Shown: positions 7,530 through 18,052 of the stretch, piece after piece
How the letters are laid out: the number at the start of each line of letters is the position of its first letter
Position numbering within the stretch: position 1 is the stretch's first letter
Assembly (NCBI GenBank): GCA_963714105.1
Contig: OY970233.1
Span: 755,933-819,932, forward strand
Source of the DNA: an uncultured Actinomycetes bacterium
GTDB lineage: Bacteria > Actinomycetota > Acidimicrobiia > IMCC26256 > PALSA-555
DNA length: 64,000 nucleotides
Direction of reading: 5' to 3'
Notes under the pieces: model-generated
Seen by the model: the letters and a program-made list of their open reading frames with translations, nothing else
Told to the model about the DNA's origin: nothing
Databases searched by the model: none
Program-made: the position numbers and the translations under genes

Positions 7530-8660
7530 TCAGATGCCGATGCGTTGGGCCAGGAGCTCGCGGTGGTACGTGGCGTCGCCGAGGAGGATCTCGGAGCTCT
7601 TCGCCCGCTTGAAGTAGAGGTGCGCGGGGTGCTCCCACGTGAAGCCGATCCCGCCGTGGATCTGGATGTTCTCGGCCGCGGCGTGGAAGTACGCGTCGGA
7701 GCAGTAGGCCTTCGCGAGGCTCGCGACGACGGGGAGCTCCTCGTTGTCCTCGGCGGCTGCCCACGCGGCGTAGTACGCCGCGGACTTCGCGGATTCGACC
7801 TCGAGGAGCATGTCCGCGCACTTGTGCTTGATGGCTTGGAACGACCCGATCGGCCGTCCGAACTGCACTCGGACCTTCGCGTACTCCACGGACATCTCGA
7901 GAACCCGCTGCGCTCCGCCGACCATCTCGTTCGCGAGGCAGACGGCGGCCTGGTCAAGCGTCTTCGAGAGCGCCGCCCATCCGGAGCCGGGATCGCCGAG
8001 CGGGCGGGCCGCGACACCGTCGAAGTCGAGGCGCGCCTGCTTGCGGGTCTGGTCCATCGTGGCCAGCGGCGTGCGGGTCAATCCGCTCGCGTCGCCGTCG
8101 ACGACGAAGAACCCGATCCCGTCCTCACCGGTTGTGCCGGCCTGGCGGGCCACGACGACGATCGTCGACGCGGTGTGACCGTCGATCACGAACATCTTCG
8201 TGCCCGAGAGGGTCCAGGAGTCACCGGCGCCCTTGGATTCCATGGTGATCCCGGACGCGTCCCACCGGCCGTTCGGCTCGGTGAAGGCCAGCGCGGCGAT
8301 CGTGTCACCGGAGGCGATCCCGGGCAGCAGCTCGCCTTGTTGGGCGTCGGTCCCGGCGTTCATGATCGCGTTCGCGGCGAGGCACACGGTCGAGAGGTAC
8401 GGGGCGCAGAGCAGCACCCGGCCCATCTCCTCGAGCACGATGCCGAGCTCGACGAACGAGAAGCCCTGCCCGCCGTGCTGCTCGGGGAGGTGCAGGCTCT
8501 GGAGGCCGAGCTCCTGGGCCATCTGGGTCCAGACGGCGGGGTCGTAGCCCTCGGTCGTCTCCATCAGGCGGCGCACTTCGGCTTCGGGGCTCTTGGCCTC
8601 CAAGAACTTGCGGACAGCGTCCCGCAGCTGGTCTTGCTCGTCGGAGAACGCGAAGTTCAC
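7530..8660 (-). CDS. Acyl-CoA dehydrogenase family protein (376 aa)
   Basis: Intact ORF. The N-terminal DEQDQLRDAVRKFL, FGRPIGSFQAIKHKCADM and IHGGIGFTWEHPAHLYFKRA are typical ACAD motifs. Confidence 0.9.
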   Translation of the reverse strand: MNFAFSDEQDQLRDAVRKFLEAKSPEAEVRRLMETTEGYDPAVWTQMAQELGLQSLHLPEQHGGQGFSFVELGIVLEEMGRVLLCAPYLSTVCLAANAIMNAGTDAQQGELLPGIASGDTIAALAFTEPNGRWDASGITMESKGAGDSWTLSGTKMFVIDGHTASTIVVVARQAGTTGEDGIGFFVVDGDASGLTRTPLATMDQTRKQARLDFDGVAARPLGDPGSGWAALSKTLDQAAVCLANEMVGGAQRVLEMSVEYAKVRVQFGRPIGSFQAIKHKCADMLLEVESAKSAAYYAAWAAAEDNEELPVVASLAKAYCSDAYFHAAAENIQIHGGIGFTWEHPAHLYFKRAKSSEILLGDATYHRELLAQRIGI

Positions 8661-8686
8661 AGTGGCTCCTCTAGGTGGTCGTGTGG

Positions 8687-9874
8687 CTATCGAGGCTCGC
8701 GCGGGAGCCCGAGCACCCGCTCGCCGATGATGTTGCGTTGGATCTCGCTCGACCCGGCGTAGATGGTCTCCGACCGGCTGAACATGAAGATCCGATGGAG
8801 CTCGCCGAGTTCGTACCGGTCGTCGGCGGCTGCGTGCACGATCATGGCGTCAGGGCCGAGGATCTGCATCGCCCGTTCGCCGAGCGTTCGGTGCCAGTTG
8901 CTCCAGTAGAGCTTCCCGATGCTCGACTCGGGTCCGAGCTCGCCCCGCTGGACGAGGCTGGTGAGCATCCGCATCCCGTTGAACTTCATGATCTGCACGC
9001 CGACGTACGAATCGGCGAGCGCCTGGCGGGTCGACGGCTCCGCCGCGGCGCCGGTCGCGTGGGCCGTGTCGATGATCTCCGCGAGCTCGCGCTGGAAGCC
9101 GAGCTGCTGGGAGAGGAACGCGGTGCCGCGCTCGAACCCGAGGGTGGCCATCGCGACCTTCCACCCGTCGTTGACGGTTCCGAGCACGTTCGCGGCGTCG
9201 GTTCGGGCATCCGAGAAGAAGACCTCGTTGAACTCGGCGGTTCCGGTCATCTGGCGCAACGGCCGGACCTCGACGCCGGGTTGGTCCATCGGGATGAGGA
9301 GGTAGGAGAGCCCGGCGTGGCCGCTCGATTCGGGGTCGGTCCGGGTCACGCAGAAGCACCACTGGGCCCGGTGCGCGAGCGTGGTCCAGACCTTCTGGCC
9401 GTTCACGACCCACTGGTCCCCGTCTCGCACCGCCCGGGTCGAGACGTTGGCGAGGTCGGATCCCGCGTTGGGTTCGGAGTATCCCTGGCACCAGAGCTCG
9501 TCGACGGACTGGATCGCGGGGAGGAAGCGTCGTTTCTGGTCCTCGGTGCCGTAGGCGAGCAGCGTGGGGGCGAAGAGCCCCTCGCCGAAGAAGCTGCTGC
9601 GGGCCGGCGCGTCGGCTTTGGCGTACTCCTCGTTGAAGATGACCTGCTCGGCGAAGCTCGCGCCGCGCCCGCCGTACTGCTCGGGCCAGGCCATCCCCAG
9701 CCAGCGGTCCTTGCCGAGCAGCTTCTCCCACTCGACGCGGACGTCCCATCCGGCTTCGTCGGCGGGCCCACCCCGGCCGCCCAGGTCGGCGAAGTCACCG
9801 ACCAGGTGCTCACCCAGCCAGGCCTTCACCTCGTCACGGAACGCCGCCTCCGCGGGCGCGTCACGAAAATCCAT
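8687..9874 (-). CDS. Acyl-CoA dehydrogenase family protein (395 aa)
   Basis: ORF 8687..10558 trimmed to the ATG at 9874 (MDFRDAPAEAAFRDEVKAWL). The CQGYSEPNAGSDL and IYAGSSEIQRNIIGERVLGLP motifs are present. The ORF part upstream of 9874 is compositionally non-coding. Confidence 0.9.
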   Translation of the reverse strand: MDFRDAPAEAAFRDEVKAWLGEHLVGDFADLGGRGGPADEAGWDVRVEWEKLLGKDRWLGMAWPEQYGGRGASFAEQVIFNEEYAKADAPARSSFFGEGLFAPTLLAYGTEDQKRRFLPAIQSVDELWCQGYSEPNAGSDLANVSTRAVRDGDQWVVNGQKVWTTLAHRAQWCFCVTRTDPESSGHAGLSYLLIPMDQPGVEVRPLRQMTGTAEFNEVFFSDARTDAANVLGTVNDGWKVAMATLGFERGTAFLSQQLGFQRELAEIIDTAHATGAAAEPSTRQALADSYVGVQIMKFNGMRMLTSLVQRGELGPESSIGKLYWSNWHRTLGERAMQILGPDAMIVHAAADDRYELGELHRIFMFSRSETIYAGSSEIQRNIIGERVLGLPREPR

Positions 9875-10280
9875 CGCAGCGAGCGACGCTAGTACCCCGA
9901 CCGACGCGCCGCGAAGGGCCGCGCTCCACCCGGGGCCGGACCGACGGGTCCCGGTGACGAGGAGGGGCGGGCGCGCCGAAGCGCTCGCGCCCCGATCGGT
10001 GCGGCGTTGCTGCGCTCCCCCCACAAACACCTGGGGTAGCCTCGAGGAACGAGCGGTGGAACGTGGAGCCGCCAGACGCCCGTCGGGCCGGTCCGGATGC
10101 CCGACGCCCGCCTGGGACCGGTCCAGGTCGCGGTCCCGGGGCGACGCACGCTCCCGAGGCGGACAACGATGAATCGTGACGACGGCGACACCTGTCCCCC
10201 CCGAACCCGCCCCGTCACCAGCCCGGCCGAGCCGCTCTCCGCCTGGCGCGCTCGTCGCTCCGTGACGATCGGCGAGCCCG

Positions 10281-11477
10281 ATGGTTGACATCGAGACCGC
10301 TCCGGTTCCGGTCGCGCCAGTCGAGGGTTCGGTCCCCGAGCTGACGGTCGTGTTGCCGTGCCTGAACGAGGCCGAGACGGTCGGGGCCTGCGTCCACAAG
10401 GCGCTCACTGCCGCCACCGGGCTGGGAATCGCCGTCGAGGTGCTCGTGGCCGACAACGGCAGCACGGACGGCTCGCAGGAGATCGCGACGCGAGCGGGGG
10501 CCCGCGTGATCGACATCCCGGTCAAGGGGTACGGCGCAGCGCTTCGCGGTGGGATCACCGCCGCCCGTTCGGAGTTCGTGCTGATGGCGGACGCCGACGA
10601 CAGCTACGACCTCTCCGACCTCGCTCCGTTCGTCGAGGGACTCCGCGGCGGCTCGGACCTCGTGATGGGCAACCGGTTCGCGGGCGGGATCCAGCCCGGC
10701 GCGATGCCCCCGCTGCACCGGTACGTCGGCAACCCGGTGCTGACCTTCCTCGGCCGGCTGTTCTTCCACAGCCCGAGCCGTGACTTCCACTGCGGTATCC
10801 GCGCGTTTCGACGCTCGAAGGTCCTCGCGTTGGATCTCCGCACGAACGGCATGGAGTTCGCGAGCGAGATGGTCGTCAAGGCCACGCTCGCCCAGCTGGC
10901 CATCACCGAGGTTCCGACCACGCTCGCCCCCGACGGCCGCACCCGCGCACCGCACCTCAAGACCTGGCGCGACGGGTGGCGGCACCTGCGCTTCCTGCTC
11001 CTCTACAGCCCACGGTGGCTGTTCCTCTACCCCGGCCTCGCGCTCATGGGCGCCGGGTTCGCGCTCGGCGTCGCGCTCCTCCCCGGACCGATCCACATCG
11101 GAACCGTCGGGCTCGACGTCAACGCCCTCATCTACTGCATGGTCGCGGTGTTGGTGGGGTTCCAATCGGTGCTGTTCGCTCTGTTGGCGCGGGCGTTCGC
11201 GATGAACGAGGCGCTCCTCCCGACCTCCCCGGCGATCACGAAGGCGTTTCGCGTGTTCACCCTGGAGCGGGGTCTCCTGGCCGGCGGCCTCCTCCTCGTC
11301 GCCGGCCTCGGGTCGTCGCTGTACTCGGTCGCGCACTGGGGATCGCTCGGCTTCGGTGCCCTCAACGCCCGCGACGCGGTGCGGCTGGTGGTGCCGGCGG
11401 CCACGACCACCGTCCTCGGCTTCGAGGTCGTGTTCGCGAGCCTGTTCTTCAGCATCCTCGGCCTCGCCCGGAAATGA
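10281..11477 (+). CDS. GT2 family glycosyltransferase with C-terminal transmembrane region (polyprenol-phosphate glycosyltransferase-like)
   Basis: Intact 398-aa ORF. It has LTVVLPCLNEAETV, VADNGSTDGS and MADADDSYD (DxD) motifs, followed by about 4 hydrophobic helices. Confidence 0.85.
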   Translation: MVDIETAPVPVAPVEGSVPELTVVLPCLNEAETVGACVHKALTAATGLGIAVEVLVADNGSTDGSQEIATRAGARVIDIPVKGYGAALRGGITAARSEFVLMADADDSYDLSDLAPFVEGLRGGSDLVMGNRFAGGIQPGAMPPLHRYVGNPVLTFLGRLFFHSPSRDFHCGIRAFRRSKVLALDLRTNGMEFASEMVVKATLAQLAITEVPTTLAPDGRTRAPHLKTWRDGWRHLRFLLLYSPRWLFLYPGLALMGAGFALGVALLPGPIHIGTVGLDVNALIYCMVAVLVGFQSVLFALLARAFAMNEALLPTSPAITKAFRVFTLERGLLAGGLLLVAGLGSSLYSVAHWGSLGFGALNARDAVRLVVPAATTTVLGFEVVFASLFFSILGLARK

Positions 11478-12511
11478 CCGACCGAGCCCAGCCGACGGTC
11501 AGCGCCGTCGTGCTCGCCTACCGTGACGAGCCCTGGCTCGAGAAGTGCGTCTTCGCGCTGCTGCAGTCCCAGGACGTCGACGTCGAGGTGATCCTCGTCG
11601 ACAACGGCTGCACCGACAGTGGCGTCGCCCGGCTGCGCGGGGTCCCAGGCGTGGTCCACGTCGGCGACGGTCACAACACGGGGTTCTCGGGCGGCTGCAA
11701 CGCCGGCGCCGCCCGCGCCACCGGCGAGTACGTGGCCCTCGTGAACGGAGACCTGATCGTCGACGGTGACGCGCTGGCGCGGCTGGTCACCGTCGCCGCC
11801 GACGAGACCATCGGGATCGCCGCGGGCAGCGTCCGACTCGCGGAGGACCGCGAGCTGCTCAACACGGCCGGGAACGAGATCCACTTCCTCGGGTTCAGCT
11901 GGGTCGGACATTTCGGCGAGCGGGCCGCCGACGCGGCCCGCGCCCGTGACGTCGCCGGCGCGATGGGGGCCTTCCTGCTGATGCGCCGCGCCGTCTGGGA
12001 GGACCTCGGCGGCTTCGACGACCACTACTTCGCGTTCCACGAAGACGCCGAGCTCAGCTGGCGCTGCTGGCAAGAGGGTCTTCGAGTCCGGTACGTCCCG
12101 GACGCGGTCGGCCTGCACCGCTACGAGTTCGGGCGGGTGTCGAACAAGCTGTACCTGGCCGAGCGAAACCGGCTGCTGTTCGTGTTGACCGCGTGGGACA
12201 CCCGCACGCTGCTGGTGCTCGCGCCCGCGCTCCTCGCCGTGGAGGTCGCGGTGACCGTCGCCGCCGTCGCCGGGGGTTGGTTCGCGCAGAAGCTCGCGGG
12301 GTGGCGGTGGATCCTCGGGCACACCTCCTGGCTTCGAGCCCGACGCCGGCATCTGCAGACCCGCCGGCGGGTCTCCGATCGTGAGCTGGCGCCGCTCATG
12401 GCGTCGCACCTCGACGCGCGCAACTTCCCGCTCCCTCCGGCGGCGCAGCCGCTCGACCGGCTCCTCGCCGGCTACTGGACGCTCGCCCGGCGACTCCTCG
12501 GATCGGCGTGA
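11474..12511 (+). CDS. GT2 family glycosyltransferase (345 aa)
   Basis: ORF 10976..12511 trimmed to the ATG at 11474 (ATGA overlap with the upstream stop). It carries VSAVVLAYRDEPWLEKCV, VDNGCTD and FHEDAELSWR motifs. Confidence 0.85.
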   Translation: MTDRAQPTVSAVVLAYRDEPWLEKCVFALLQSQDVDVEVILVDNGCTDSGVARLRGVPGVVHVGDGHNTGFSGGCNAGAARATGEYVALVNGDLIVDGDALARLVTVAADETIGIAAGSVRLAEDRELLNTAGNEIHFLGFSWVGHFGERAADAARARDVAGAMGAFLLMRRAVWEDLGGFDDHYFAFHEDAELSWRCWQEGLRVRYVPDAVGLHRYEFGRVSNKLYLAERNRLLFVLTAWDTRTLLVLAPALLAVEVAVTVAAVAGGWFAQKLAGWRWILGHTSWLRARRRHLQTRRRVSDRELAPLMASHLDARNFPLPPAAQPLDRLLAGYWTLARRLLGSA

Positions 12512-13114
12512 CGACGGATCCCGCGGACAAGGCGGCCGCCGACCAGGAGTACGCGGACCGCCTCGTCGCGCGGGGAGGTCTGGTGGAAGCGGCTCCTCGG
12601 CGCGCAGCTCCCCTACCGGTGGAACCTTCGACGGTTGCGCCCGGGCTACACCCTCGACATCGGCTGTGGGACGGGCCGCAACCTCGAGCATCTCGAGGGC
12701 CACGCGGTCGGCGTCGACCCGAACGAGGCCGGCGTCGCGATCGCGACGGCGAAGGGATACGACGCGTTCACCCCGGACGGCTTCGCCCGCTCGCGCTTCG
12801 CGCAACCCCGGATCTTCGACACGGTCCTCTTCGCGCACGTGCTCGAGCATCTCGAGACCCACGACGCGGCAGCGCTGATCGGCCGCTACCTTCCGTCCCT
12901 GCGAGCCGGTGGGCAGGTGATCATGATCACACCTCAGGAGAGCGGCTTCCGGTCCGACTCGACGCACCGCACGTTCCTCGACTTCTCCGCGTTGTCTCGC
13001 CTCGCGGCGGCGTGCGCGCTCACCCCGGTGCGCTCCTACTCGTTCCCGTTCCCGCGCTGGGCCGGGCGCGCGTTCCGGTACAACGAGTTCGTGGTGGTCG
13101 CGACCCCGTCCTGA
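12508..13114 (+). pseudogene. Class I SAM-dependent methyltransferase, apparent +1 frameshift near 12570-12580
   Basis: The GTG at 12508 overlaps the upstream stop (GTGA) and encodes MTTDPADKAAADQEYADRLVAR. The methyltransferase body (WWKRLLGAQLPYRWNLRRLRPGYTLDIGCGTGRNL...) is in the frame of ORF 12635..13114. The switch falls at the run CGGGGA. Confidence 0.7.
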
Positions 13115-13127
13115 CCGACCGCGCCGG

Positions 13128-14738
13128 TCACGACCCGACCGGTGATGGCTCCTCGGCTGGACGCGCACGGACCGGCGTGGTCGGGGTCCGTTTCGGTTCG
13201 GGCATCCGGAACAGCCAGATCGTCGCTGCCCCCAGCACGACGATGAAGCAGACGAGGAGCAACGACGCGGGGACGGGCGGCGACCACGCGGCATGGGAGA
13301 CGAACAGGATCTTGGCGTTGTATCCGACCATGTCGCGCCGCATGCTCTGCGCGAGGGAGAAGAACTGGCCGAAGAAGAACGCGGCGCCGGCGACGGCCGC
13401 GACCCGCCCGGACAGCGCGGTGGCGTTGCCCGTGCGTGAGAGGAGCACGCCCGCGACGATGGGAACCCCGACGGCGAGCGGGAGCCCGTAGCGTCCTTGC
13501 CACACGTACCCGACGCTGTGGGCGCTGGCGGCTTCCAACACGATCGGTACCGCAACGGTGAGGGCGAGGACGCCGGCGAGCGCGCCGGCCGCTCGGCGCC
13601 CCGACCAGGCGAGCCCGAGGATGACGAGCAGCCCGAGGACGAACGCCCAGGCCACGAGGACCCCCGTCGGCGTCGGGGTGTCGAGCCAACCGAAGTTGCC
13701 GATCATCTGCGAGAAGAACGAGAACGACCCCCCGATCGACTTTCGGATGACGAGGCTGGTCGGATCGTGGGAAGCGCCGGCAAGGTTGGCGAGGTTGACA
13801 GACCCCGCGACGGCGAGCCACACGGCCTGCGCGGCGATCGCTCCGAGCACGACGGCGCCCCAGACCCGGACGCCCCGATTCGCGGCGAGGCGTCGAGTTC
13901 CCGCCTTCCCCGCGAGGACGACCATGACCGCGACGACGATCGCCACCCAGAGCGGACCGAGCTGACGGCAGAGCGCCAACGCGGCACCGGCGATCCCGAC
14001 GCGACGCACCAGCCGGGGATCGATGGCGCCGTCGGATCGGACCGCGAGCACGGTGCCGGACGCCCAGAGCGAGATCCCCGCGGCGATCTCGACGCCGCTC
14101 GGGTTCACGACCGACCCGAGGAACACCGCCATCGGCGTCACCGCGAACGCGTAGCCGATCGCGGCGATTCGGCGTCGCGGCAGCGTCGCGATCGAGAGGG
14201 CACCCATGGCGAGCAGCGCGGAGACGAGCACGACCGCGAGGGCGCGCATCACGTACACCGATCTCAGCGCCGACGAGACGAGCGAGGGGAGGCCGACGAC
14301 GGCGTAGTAGGCCGGTGGGTAGCGTCCGTACTCGGCGACGGTCTTGATGTCCCGATGCGACGTCGCGAACTTCGCGGAGTTGGCGGGGTCGTTGCGGTAG
14401 AAGGCGTAGCAGCCGACCTGTCGTCCGCTCGCGAAGGTGGCGGGGACCCGGACGTTGGTGTACCCACCGAGCTGGTGCGCGGCCTGGGGTTCGAGCACCT
14501 GGCCGTGCACCTCGGTGACGGCCCTGATGACGTGTTCGGGTTCGTCGGGAGCACCGAAGAGCGGGGTCGCGAGACTCCAGCAGAGGCCGAGGGCGACGAA
14601 CAGCGCGAAGGTCACCCAGAAGAACTGCCGTGACGAGACGGTGCTCAGGTGCTGGTCGAGGCGGCCCGCGAGGTGCTTCTTACTACGACGAGGTGATCCC
14701 GTCGTGACGGCCGGGCGCGCGGCGCCGCCGGTGGACAT
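13128..14738 (-). CDS. DUF2142-type polytopic membrane protein (putative GT-C-like glycosyltransferase)
   Basis: Intact 536-aa ORF with more than 10 hydrophobic helices and the early FGAPDEPEHVIRA motif typical of DUF2142. It sits in a glycosyltransferase neighbourhood. Confidence 0.8.
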   Translation of the reverse strand: MSTGGAARPAVTTGSPRRSKKHLAGRLDQHLSTVSSRQFFWVTFALFVALGLCWSLATPLFGAPDEPEHVIRAVTEVHGQVLEPQAAHQLGGYTNVRVPATFASGRQVGCYAFYRNDPANSAKFATSHRDIKTVAEYGRYPPAYYAVVGLPSLVSSALRSVYVMRALAVVLVSALLAMGALSIATLPRRRIAAIGYAFAVTPMAVFLGSVVNPSGVEIAAGISLWASGTVLAVRSDGAIDPRLVRRVGIAGAALALCRQLGPLWVAIVVAVMVVLAGKAGTRRLAANRGVRVWGAVVLGAIAAQAVWLAVAGSVNLANLAGASHDPTSLVIRKSIGGSFSFFSQMIGNFGWLDTPTPTGVLVAWAFVLGLLVILGLAWSGRRAAGALAGVLALTVAVPIVLEAASAHSVGYVWQGRYGLPLAVGVPIVAGVLLSRTGNATALSGRVAAVAGAAFFFGQFFSLAQSMRRDMVGYNAKILFVSHAAWSPPVPASLLLVCFIVVLGAATIWLFRMPEPKRTPTTPVRARPAEEPSPVGS

Positions 14739-15099
14739 CAGGTGGGTGCGTCGGGCTCACCGGGCGCGGCCGCCGTCAGATCGAAGCCCGCGACTCGCGC
14801 CGGCGCCCCTCCGCCGTGGCGTCGACGGTGATCAACCATCGGTCCTTCGCGCTGGGCGTGATTGTCGCGCCGCGGGCTGCGACCGAGGGGGGGTGGCGAC
14901 GGTCGCTTCATAGAGCAGGTCGCACCGCCCGTAGTCGTGTGGCACCGTCCCCCACGGGAGCGGAGGCTATCGCACCCTCTTCGCCGGTCGTCCGCTCGAC
15001 GATCCGCTCCCCCGGTCTGGAACCCGAACGCCGGGGTCAGCACCGTCGAGTGCGGCGTCCACGCGCGCGATCTCGCTCGGTGCTCGTACACTGCCGCTC

Positions 15100-15711
15100 G
15101 TGGCTCGTCCCGCTCATTTCGAAGATGCCGACGTCCGGGTCGACAAGCTCGTCGTCGGCCCGTTCGAGAACAACGCGTACGTGGTGCGGTGCAAGCGCAC
15201 CGGGCGTGGGGTGCTCGTCGACGCCGCCAACGAGCACTCGCTCCTCGTCGACGTGTGCCGGGCCAGTGGCGTTCGTCAGGTGCTCACAACGCACGGACAC
15301 TGGGACCACATCCAGGCGGTCACCGCGGTCCGGGATGCCGGGATCGAGGTCGGGATCGCACCCGACGATGCCGCGATGCTCCCGAGCTATGACTTCGTGA
15401 TCCCCGACGACGAGGTGTACCCGGTTGGGGACCTGCGCTTCCGGGCGATCCACAACCCGGGCCACACGCCGGGCTCGACGTCGTTCCTGCTGGAGGGCAA
15501 GCCGCTCGTCTTCACCGGTGACACCCTGTTCCCCGGAGGTCCGGGCAACACGGCGACACCGGGCGCGAGCTTCGAGCAGATCATCTCGTCGATCGACCGT
15601 CGACTCTTCAGCCTCCCCGGCGATCTCCTGGTCCTCCCGGGGCATGGACTCGACACCACCGTCGCGGAGGAGCGACCGCACTTGGAGGAATGGGTCGAGC
15701 GAGGCTGGTGA
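15100..15711 (+). CDS. MBL-fold metallo-hydrolase (glyoxalase II-like)
   Basis: Intact 203-aa ORF with THGHWDH metal-binding motif, HNPGHTPGS and VLPGHG. Confidence 0.85.
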   Translation: MARPAHFEDADVRVDKLVVGPFENNAYVVRCKRTGRGVLVDAANEHSLLVDVCRASGVRQVLTTHGHWDHIQAVTAVRDAGIEVGIAPDDAAMLPSYDFVIPDDEVYPVGDLRFRAIHNPGHTPGSTSFLLEGKPLVFTGDTLFPGGPGNTATPGASFEQIISSIDRRLFSLPGDLLVLPGHGLDTTVAEERPHLEEWVERGW

Positions 15712-15826
15712 CGCCTCGAATGCCGGACGCAGCCACCATGACGACCGAGATCGCCGCCCTCCGAACGAGCGCCGTCGCACCCGCGCGTCGCGGACCGACG
15801 CGACGACCCGTCGGGGGCACGCGGGA

Positions 15827-16834
15827 GTGGCCGTGAGCGCGTCTGACGTCCAGCCTCGCCAGCCCGAGGTGCCCCTCCCCCCGATCGAGCTGCGAGGGCG
15901 CGTCGGTGCGGTGCACGACGACGACCTGCGCTTCGATCAGGAAGGCCGGCGCTGCTACGAGGCGATCCTCCGAGCGTTGCCCTCCGACTTCTCGCTCGCC
16001 GGAGCCCGCGTCCTCGACTTCGGATGCGGCGCGGGGCGAGTGCTCCGACAGTTCGTGCGCGAGCACCGAGACGCGGACCTGTGGGGTTGCGACGTGCACG
16101 AGCCGAGCATCGCATGGCTCCAAGCTCACCTGTCCCCACCGTTGCACGTGTTCGTCAACGACACCGCGCCGCCCCTCCCGTTGGAGACCGACTCCGTCGA
16201 CCTCGTCTACGCGCTGTCGGTGTGGACGCACCTCGCCGACGACTGGAGCGACTGGCTCCTCGAGCTGCATCGCATCCTCGGCCCGACCGGCGTCGCCGTC
16301 ATCACGACCCTCGGCGAGCCGATGTGGGAGCAGCACCTCGGGAAGCCCTTCTTCCAGGACCAGCTCCGGCGACCGTGGGACGACGAGCGGGTCGGCCTGT
16401 TCGTCACCAACTACGGCATGCCCCAGGACGACATCGGCCCGGTCGTCTACCAGTCGGAGTGGTGGACCCGGGAGCACTGGGGACGCGCCTTCGAGATCCT
16501 CGACTTTGCCCCGTGGGGCTTCTCGACCGAGCCGGGTCGCCGCGACGGCCAGGGCGTCGTCACCCTGCGGCCCCGACCCGTCGAGGTCGACCGGGCCGCG
16601 CTCGAGGCACCTGGCCCGAACGTCGCTCAAGAGCTGGAGGCCGTGCAGGCCAACCTCTCGTACGTCCACGCGGAGATGGCGGCGTGGCGGGACCTCGCCG
16701 CGGCCGCCGGTGCCGCGTACGAAGCCGCGGCGGCCGACGCCGCGGCCCTCGCCGACCCTCCGACGGTGCCGAGACGCGCGGCCCGCCGGATCGCCCGCGG
16801 TTGGTCCCGGCCGCGCGGCGCCCGCCCCCGCTGA
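15827..16834 (+). CDS. Class I SAM-dependent methyltransferase
   Basis: ORF 15425..16834 trimmed to the in-frame GTG at 15827 (or 15833) behind GCGGGAG. It carries VLDFGCGAGRVLRQF and DLVYALSVWTHL motifs. The part upstream of the chosen start is R/S-rich. Confidence 0.75.
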   Translation: MAVSASDVQPRQPEVPLPPIELRGRVGAVHDDDLRFDQEGRRCYEAILRALPSDFSLAGARVLDFGCGAGRVLRQFVREHRDADLWGCDVHEPSIAWLQAHLSPPLHVFVNDTAPPLPLETDSVDLVYALSVWTHLADDWSDWLLELHRILGPTGVAVITTLGEPMWEQHLGKPFFQDQLRRPWDDERVGLFVTNYGMPQDDIGPVVYQSEWWTREHWGRAFEILDFAPWGFSTEPGRRDGQGVVTLRPRPVEVDRAALEAPGPNVAQELEAVQANLSYVHAEMAAWRDLAAAAGAAYEAAAADAAALADPPTVPRRAARRIARGWSRPRGARPR

Positions 16835-16885
16835 CCCGGCGCCGACCGCGCGCACAGCCCGGAGCGGGTCGGGACGGAGCCGGGC

Positions 16886-18052
16886 CTACCGACCGGAGTC
16901 GAGGACCTCGCGGTACAAGGCTCGGGTCTGGCGGATGCAACGTTCCCACGTGAAGCCGCTCGCCCATTCCCGACCGCGTTCGCTCATCACCCGGCGGGCG
17001 GTCTCGTCGCCGAGCACGTCGACGAGGGTGTCGCCCCACGCGGTGGCGTCGTGGGGGTCGGCGAAGCGAGCCGCGTCGCCGGCGGTCTCGCGCAGGACCG
17101 GGATGTCGGAGCAGACCACCGGCGTTGCTTGCACCATCGCCTCGAGGACCGGAAGCCCGAAGCCCTCGTGGAGGCTGGGGAACGCGAACAGGGTCGCGTC
17201 TCGGTAGAGGGCGACGAGACGGTCGGCGCGCAACGGACCGGTGAACCGGACTCGGTCGCCGAGCGCGGCGGCGGCGTGGTGGACCGCCCGCGGGCCGCCG
17301 TGCCACCCGGGCGGCCCGACGATGACGAGCAGCTCGGGGCGCCCAGCGCGGATCACCGCCTGGAACGCCTCGAGGAGCACCGGCAGGTTCTTTCTCGGTT
17401 CGAGGGTCCCCACCCAGAGCACGTACGGCGCGTCACCGAGCCCGAGCGTGGATCGCGCCGCGGTGATCAGCGGCTCGCTGACCCGGCGTTGGGCGACCCC
17501 GTGGGGGACGATGCGGACCCGTTCGGGTCGGATCCGGGTTCGGGAGAGGATCTCGTCCGCGGCGGCCTGGGTGGGGGCGATCACCAGGTCGGCGCGCCGA
17601 GCGGTGGCGGAGAGCCCACGGTCGTGGAACCAGCGGCCCCGCCACGGGTACGCCTCGGGGAACACGAGGGTGGCCGCGTCGTGCGCGGTCACGATCAGCG
17701 CCGACCCGTCGGCGCGGGGTGGGACGGCCAGCGACGGGGCGTGGACGATGTCGACCCCGCGCAGCTCGCGGTGCAGCAGGTTGAGCGGCGGGACGCCAAA
17801 GTCGTTCCAGGTCTCGTACAGCACCGGCCGGGGCAGCCAGAGCCGGACCGGCTCAAGATCCGCGAGGCCGAAGGCACCCAGGGCGGCTTCGACTCGCGCC
17901 GCCCGGTGGCGGGCCACGAAGGGGACCACCTCGATACGCTCGCCCCCGTCGGGGTCGGGGCCGGGCAGGAGCCGGGCGAGCTCCGACGTGTAGCGGCCGA
18001 TCCCGCCGGGCGGGCGCTGGAGCAGCTGCTCGAGGTTGAGGGCGACACGCAT
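16886..18052 (-). CDS. GT4 (GT-B fold) glycosyltransferase
   Basis: Intact 388-aa ORF with MRVALNLEQLL at the N-terminus and FAFPSLHEGFGLPVLEAMVQATPVV (E-x7-E region). Confidence 0.85.
   Translation of the reverse strand: MRVALNLEQLLQRPPGGIGRYTSELARLLPGPDPDGGERIEVVPFVARHRAARVEAALGAFGLADLEPVRLWLPRPVLYETWNDFGVPPLNLLHRELRGVDIVHAPSLAVPPRADGSALIVTAHDAATLVFPEAYPWRGRWFHDRGLSATARRADLVIAPTQAAADEILSRTRIRPERVRIVPHGVAQRRVSEPLITAARSTLGLGDAPYVLWVGTLEPRKNLPVLLEAFQAVIRAGRPELLVIVGPPGWHGGPRAVHHAAAALGDRVRFTGPLRADRLVALYRDATLFAFPSLHEGFGLPVLEAMVQATPVVCSDIPVLRETAGDAARFADPHDATAWGDTLVDVLGDETARRVMSERGREWASGFTWERCIRQTRALYREVLDSGR

Noticed and set aside
9875-10280. A possible c-di-AMP (ydaO/kimA-type) riboswitch, suggested by GATGAATCG and CCGAACCCGCC strings upstream of the GT2 gene.
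   Set aside because: Only two short fragments resemble the consensus. The paired ACGGGG/GGGGACCC halves and the pseudo-twofold architecture are not present. The similarity is at chance level for this GC content.
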